A stretch of 63,784 nt of DNA, counting the filler, from Chiloscyllium plagiosum (taxonomy: Eukaryota): assembly GCF_004010195.1 (NCBI RefSeq). It is 4 parts of one record of this genome, joined end to end, with 100 filler letters (N's around TTAATTAATTAA, not from the genome) between each part and the next. Parts side by side here need not be neighbours in the genome. Positions count along the whole stretch, not along the records: positions 61,764 to 63,784 come from NC_057715.1; 3 more parts are not named here. The stretch is one strand, 5' to 3'. The notes under the pieces are model-generated. The model saw nothing but the letters and a program-made list of their open reading frames with translations. It did no database searches and was not told where the DNA came from. Shown piece by piece: positions 61,764-63,784 of the stretch (position 1 is its first letter; each line of letters opens with the position of its first letter). Position numbers and translations under genes: made by a program.

Positions 61764-63784
61764 GGAGAGTGCAGTGAGTGAGTCTCACTGGAAACGGACT
61801 GGGTGGAGTGCAGAGTGAGTGAGTGTCACTGTGAAATGGATTGGGAGGAGAGTGCAGTGAGTGAGTGTCCCTGTGAAATGGATTGGGAGGAGAGTGCAGT
61901 GAGTGAGTGTCCTGTGAAATGGGCTGGGAGAGANNNNNNNNNNNNNNNNNNNNNGGAGAGTGCAGTGAGTGAGTCTCACTGGAAATGGACTGGGTGGAGT
62001 GCGCAGTGAGTGAGTGTCCCTGTGAATTGGACTGGGTGGCGTGAGCAGTGAGTGAGTGTAACTGTGAAATGGACTGGGAGGAGAGTGCAGTGAGTGAGTG
62101 TCCCTGTGAAATGGATTGGGAGGAGAGTGCAGTGAGTGAGTGTCCCTGTGAAATGGGCTGGGAGGAGAATGCAGTGAGTCTCCCTGTGAAATGGACTAGA
62201 AGGGGAGTGCAGTGAGTGCATCTCACTGTGAAATAGTCTGGGAGAAGTGTGCAGTGAGTGCGTCTCACTTAGAAATGGGATGGGAGGAATGTGCAGTGAG
62301 TGAGTCTCACTGGAAATGGACTGGGTGGAGTGCGCAGTGAGTGAGTGTCCCTGTGAATTGGACTGGGTGGCGTGAGCAGTGAGTGAGTGTAACTGTGATA
62401 TGGACTGGGAGAACTGTGCAGTGAGTGAGTGTCCCTGTGATGTGGACTGAGAGGAGTGTGCTGTGAGAGAGTGTAACTGTGAAATTGGCTTGGAGGAGTG
62501 TGCAGTGAGTCTGTGTCACTGTGAAATGGACTGGGAGGAGAGTGCAGTGAGTGAATGTCGCTGTGTAATGGACTGTGAGGAGTGTGCAGTGAGTGAGTGT
62601 CCCTGTGAAATGGACTGGGAGGCGTGTGCAGTGAGTGATTGTCCCTGTGAAATGCACTGGGAGGAGTGTGCAGTGAGTGCGTCTCACTGTGAAATGGACT
62701 GGGAGGAGGCTGCAGTGAGTGAGTGTCAATGTGAAATGGACTGGGAGGAGTGTGCAGTGAGTGAGTGTCCCTGTGAATTGGACTGGGAGGAGTATGCAGT
62801 GAGTGAGTGTCCTTGTGAAACGGACTGGGAGGTGTGTGCAGTGAGTGTCCCTGTGAAATGGACTGGGAGGAGTGTGCACTGAGTGTTCCTGTGAATTGGA
62901 CTGGGAGGAGTGGGTAGTGACTGAGTGTCCCTGTGAAATAGGCTGGGAGGAGTGTGCAGTGAGTGAGTGTTCCTGTGAAATGGGCTGGGTGGAGAGTGCA
63001 GTGAGTGAGTGTCCCTGTGAAATGGACTGGGAAGAGTGTGCAGTGAGTGAGTGTCCCTGTGAAATGGACTGGGAGGCAAGTGCAGTGAGTGTGTGTCCCT
63101 GTGAAATGGACTGGGAGGAGAGTACAGTGAGTGAGTGTCCCTGTGAAATGGACTGGGAGGCATGTGCAGTGAGTGAGTGGCCCTGTGAAATGGACTGGGA
63201 GGAGTGTGCAGCGAGTGAGTGTCCCTGTGAAATAGGCTGGGAGGAGTGTGCAGTGAGTGAGTGTTCCTGTGAAATGGACTGGGAGGAGAGTACAGTGAGT
63301 GAGTGTCCCTGTGAAATGGACTGGGAGGAGAGTGCAGTTAGTGAGTCTCCCTGTGAAATGGACTAGAAGGGGAGTGCAGTGAGTGTATCTCACTGTGAAA
63401 TGGGCTGGGAGGAGTGTGCAGTGAGTGAGTGTCACTGTGAACTGGACTTTGAGGAGTGTGCTTTGAGAGAGTGTAACTGTGATATGGACTGGGAGAACTG
63501 TGCAGTGAGTGAGTGTCCCTGTGATATGGTCTGAGAGGAGTGTGCTGTGAGAGAGTGTAACTGTGAAATGGGCTGGGAGGAGTGTGCAGTGAGTCTGTGT
63601 CACTGTGAAATGGACTGGGAGGAGAGTGCAGTGAGTGAATGTCGCTGTGTAATGGACTGTGAAGAGTGTGCAGTGAGTGAGTGTCCCTGTGAAATGGACT
63701 GGGAGGCGTGTGCAGTGAGTGAGTGTCCCTGTGAAATGGACTGGGAGGAGTGTGCAGTGAGTGCGTCTCACTGTGAAATTGACT
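61764..63784. repeat. 42-bp minisatellite/satellite array
   Basis: Unit GTGAGTGAGTGTCCCTGTGAAATGGACTGGGAGGAGTGTGCA (occasional 38-bp variants); ~2 kb, runs off the window end. Confidence 0.97.

Noticed and set aside
62269..63771. 500-aa His/Thr-rich ORF as a real protein
   Set aside because: Arises from a 42-bp (14-codon) stop-free satellite unit; changes frame at indels and overlaps equally long ORFs in other frames
61764..63784. CRISPR-like array
   Set aside because: Contiguous tandem units without unique spacers, no cas genes, eukaryotic context

Overview
Eukaryotic, repeat-dense, essentially non-coding DNA. The repeat repertoire (HER1-type CR1 LINEs with GACTCTAT tails, HE1-like SINEs, Penelope-like elements) suggests a cartilaginous fish, probably a shark (inference). 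No intact host gene is recognisable, and nearly all listed ORFs are decayed transposon fragments or chance frames. The window holds many CR1 LINE pieces (one with a twin-priming-type 5' inversion), L2/RTE-type relics, HE1-like SINEs, a degenerate Gmr1-type Gypsy element (PR-INT-RT-RH order) plus a related solo LTR, a degenerate Mag-type Gypsy element, and a 42-bp minisatellite with higher-order structure. The most interesting signal is a set of Penelope-like (PLE) insertions from several families. They carry minimal hammerhead-ribozyme cores, form inverted (hairpin) structures with 12-16 bp target duplications, and have a consistent ~35-40 nt terminal asymmetry. One of them has captured a ~290 bp copy of unrelated DNA from ~1.2 kb upstream between its inverted arms. 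There are also weak candidate minus-strand host exons (43-48 kb) and an RFX X-box. Three gaps contain an artificial TTAATTAATTAA linker, so adjacency across them is unproven.
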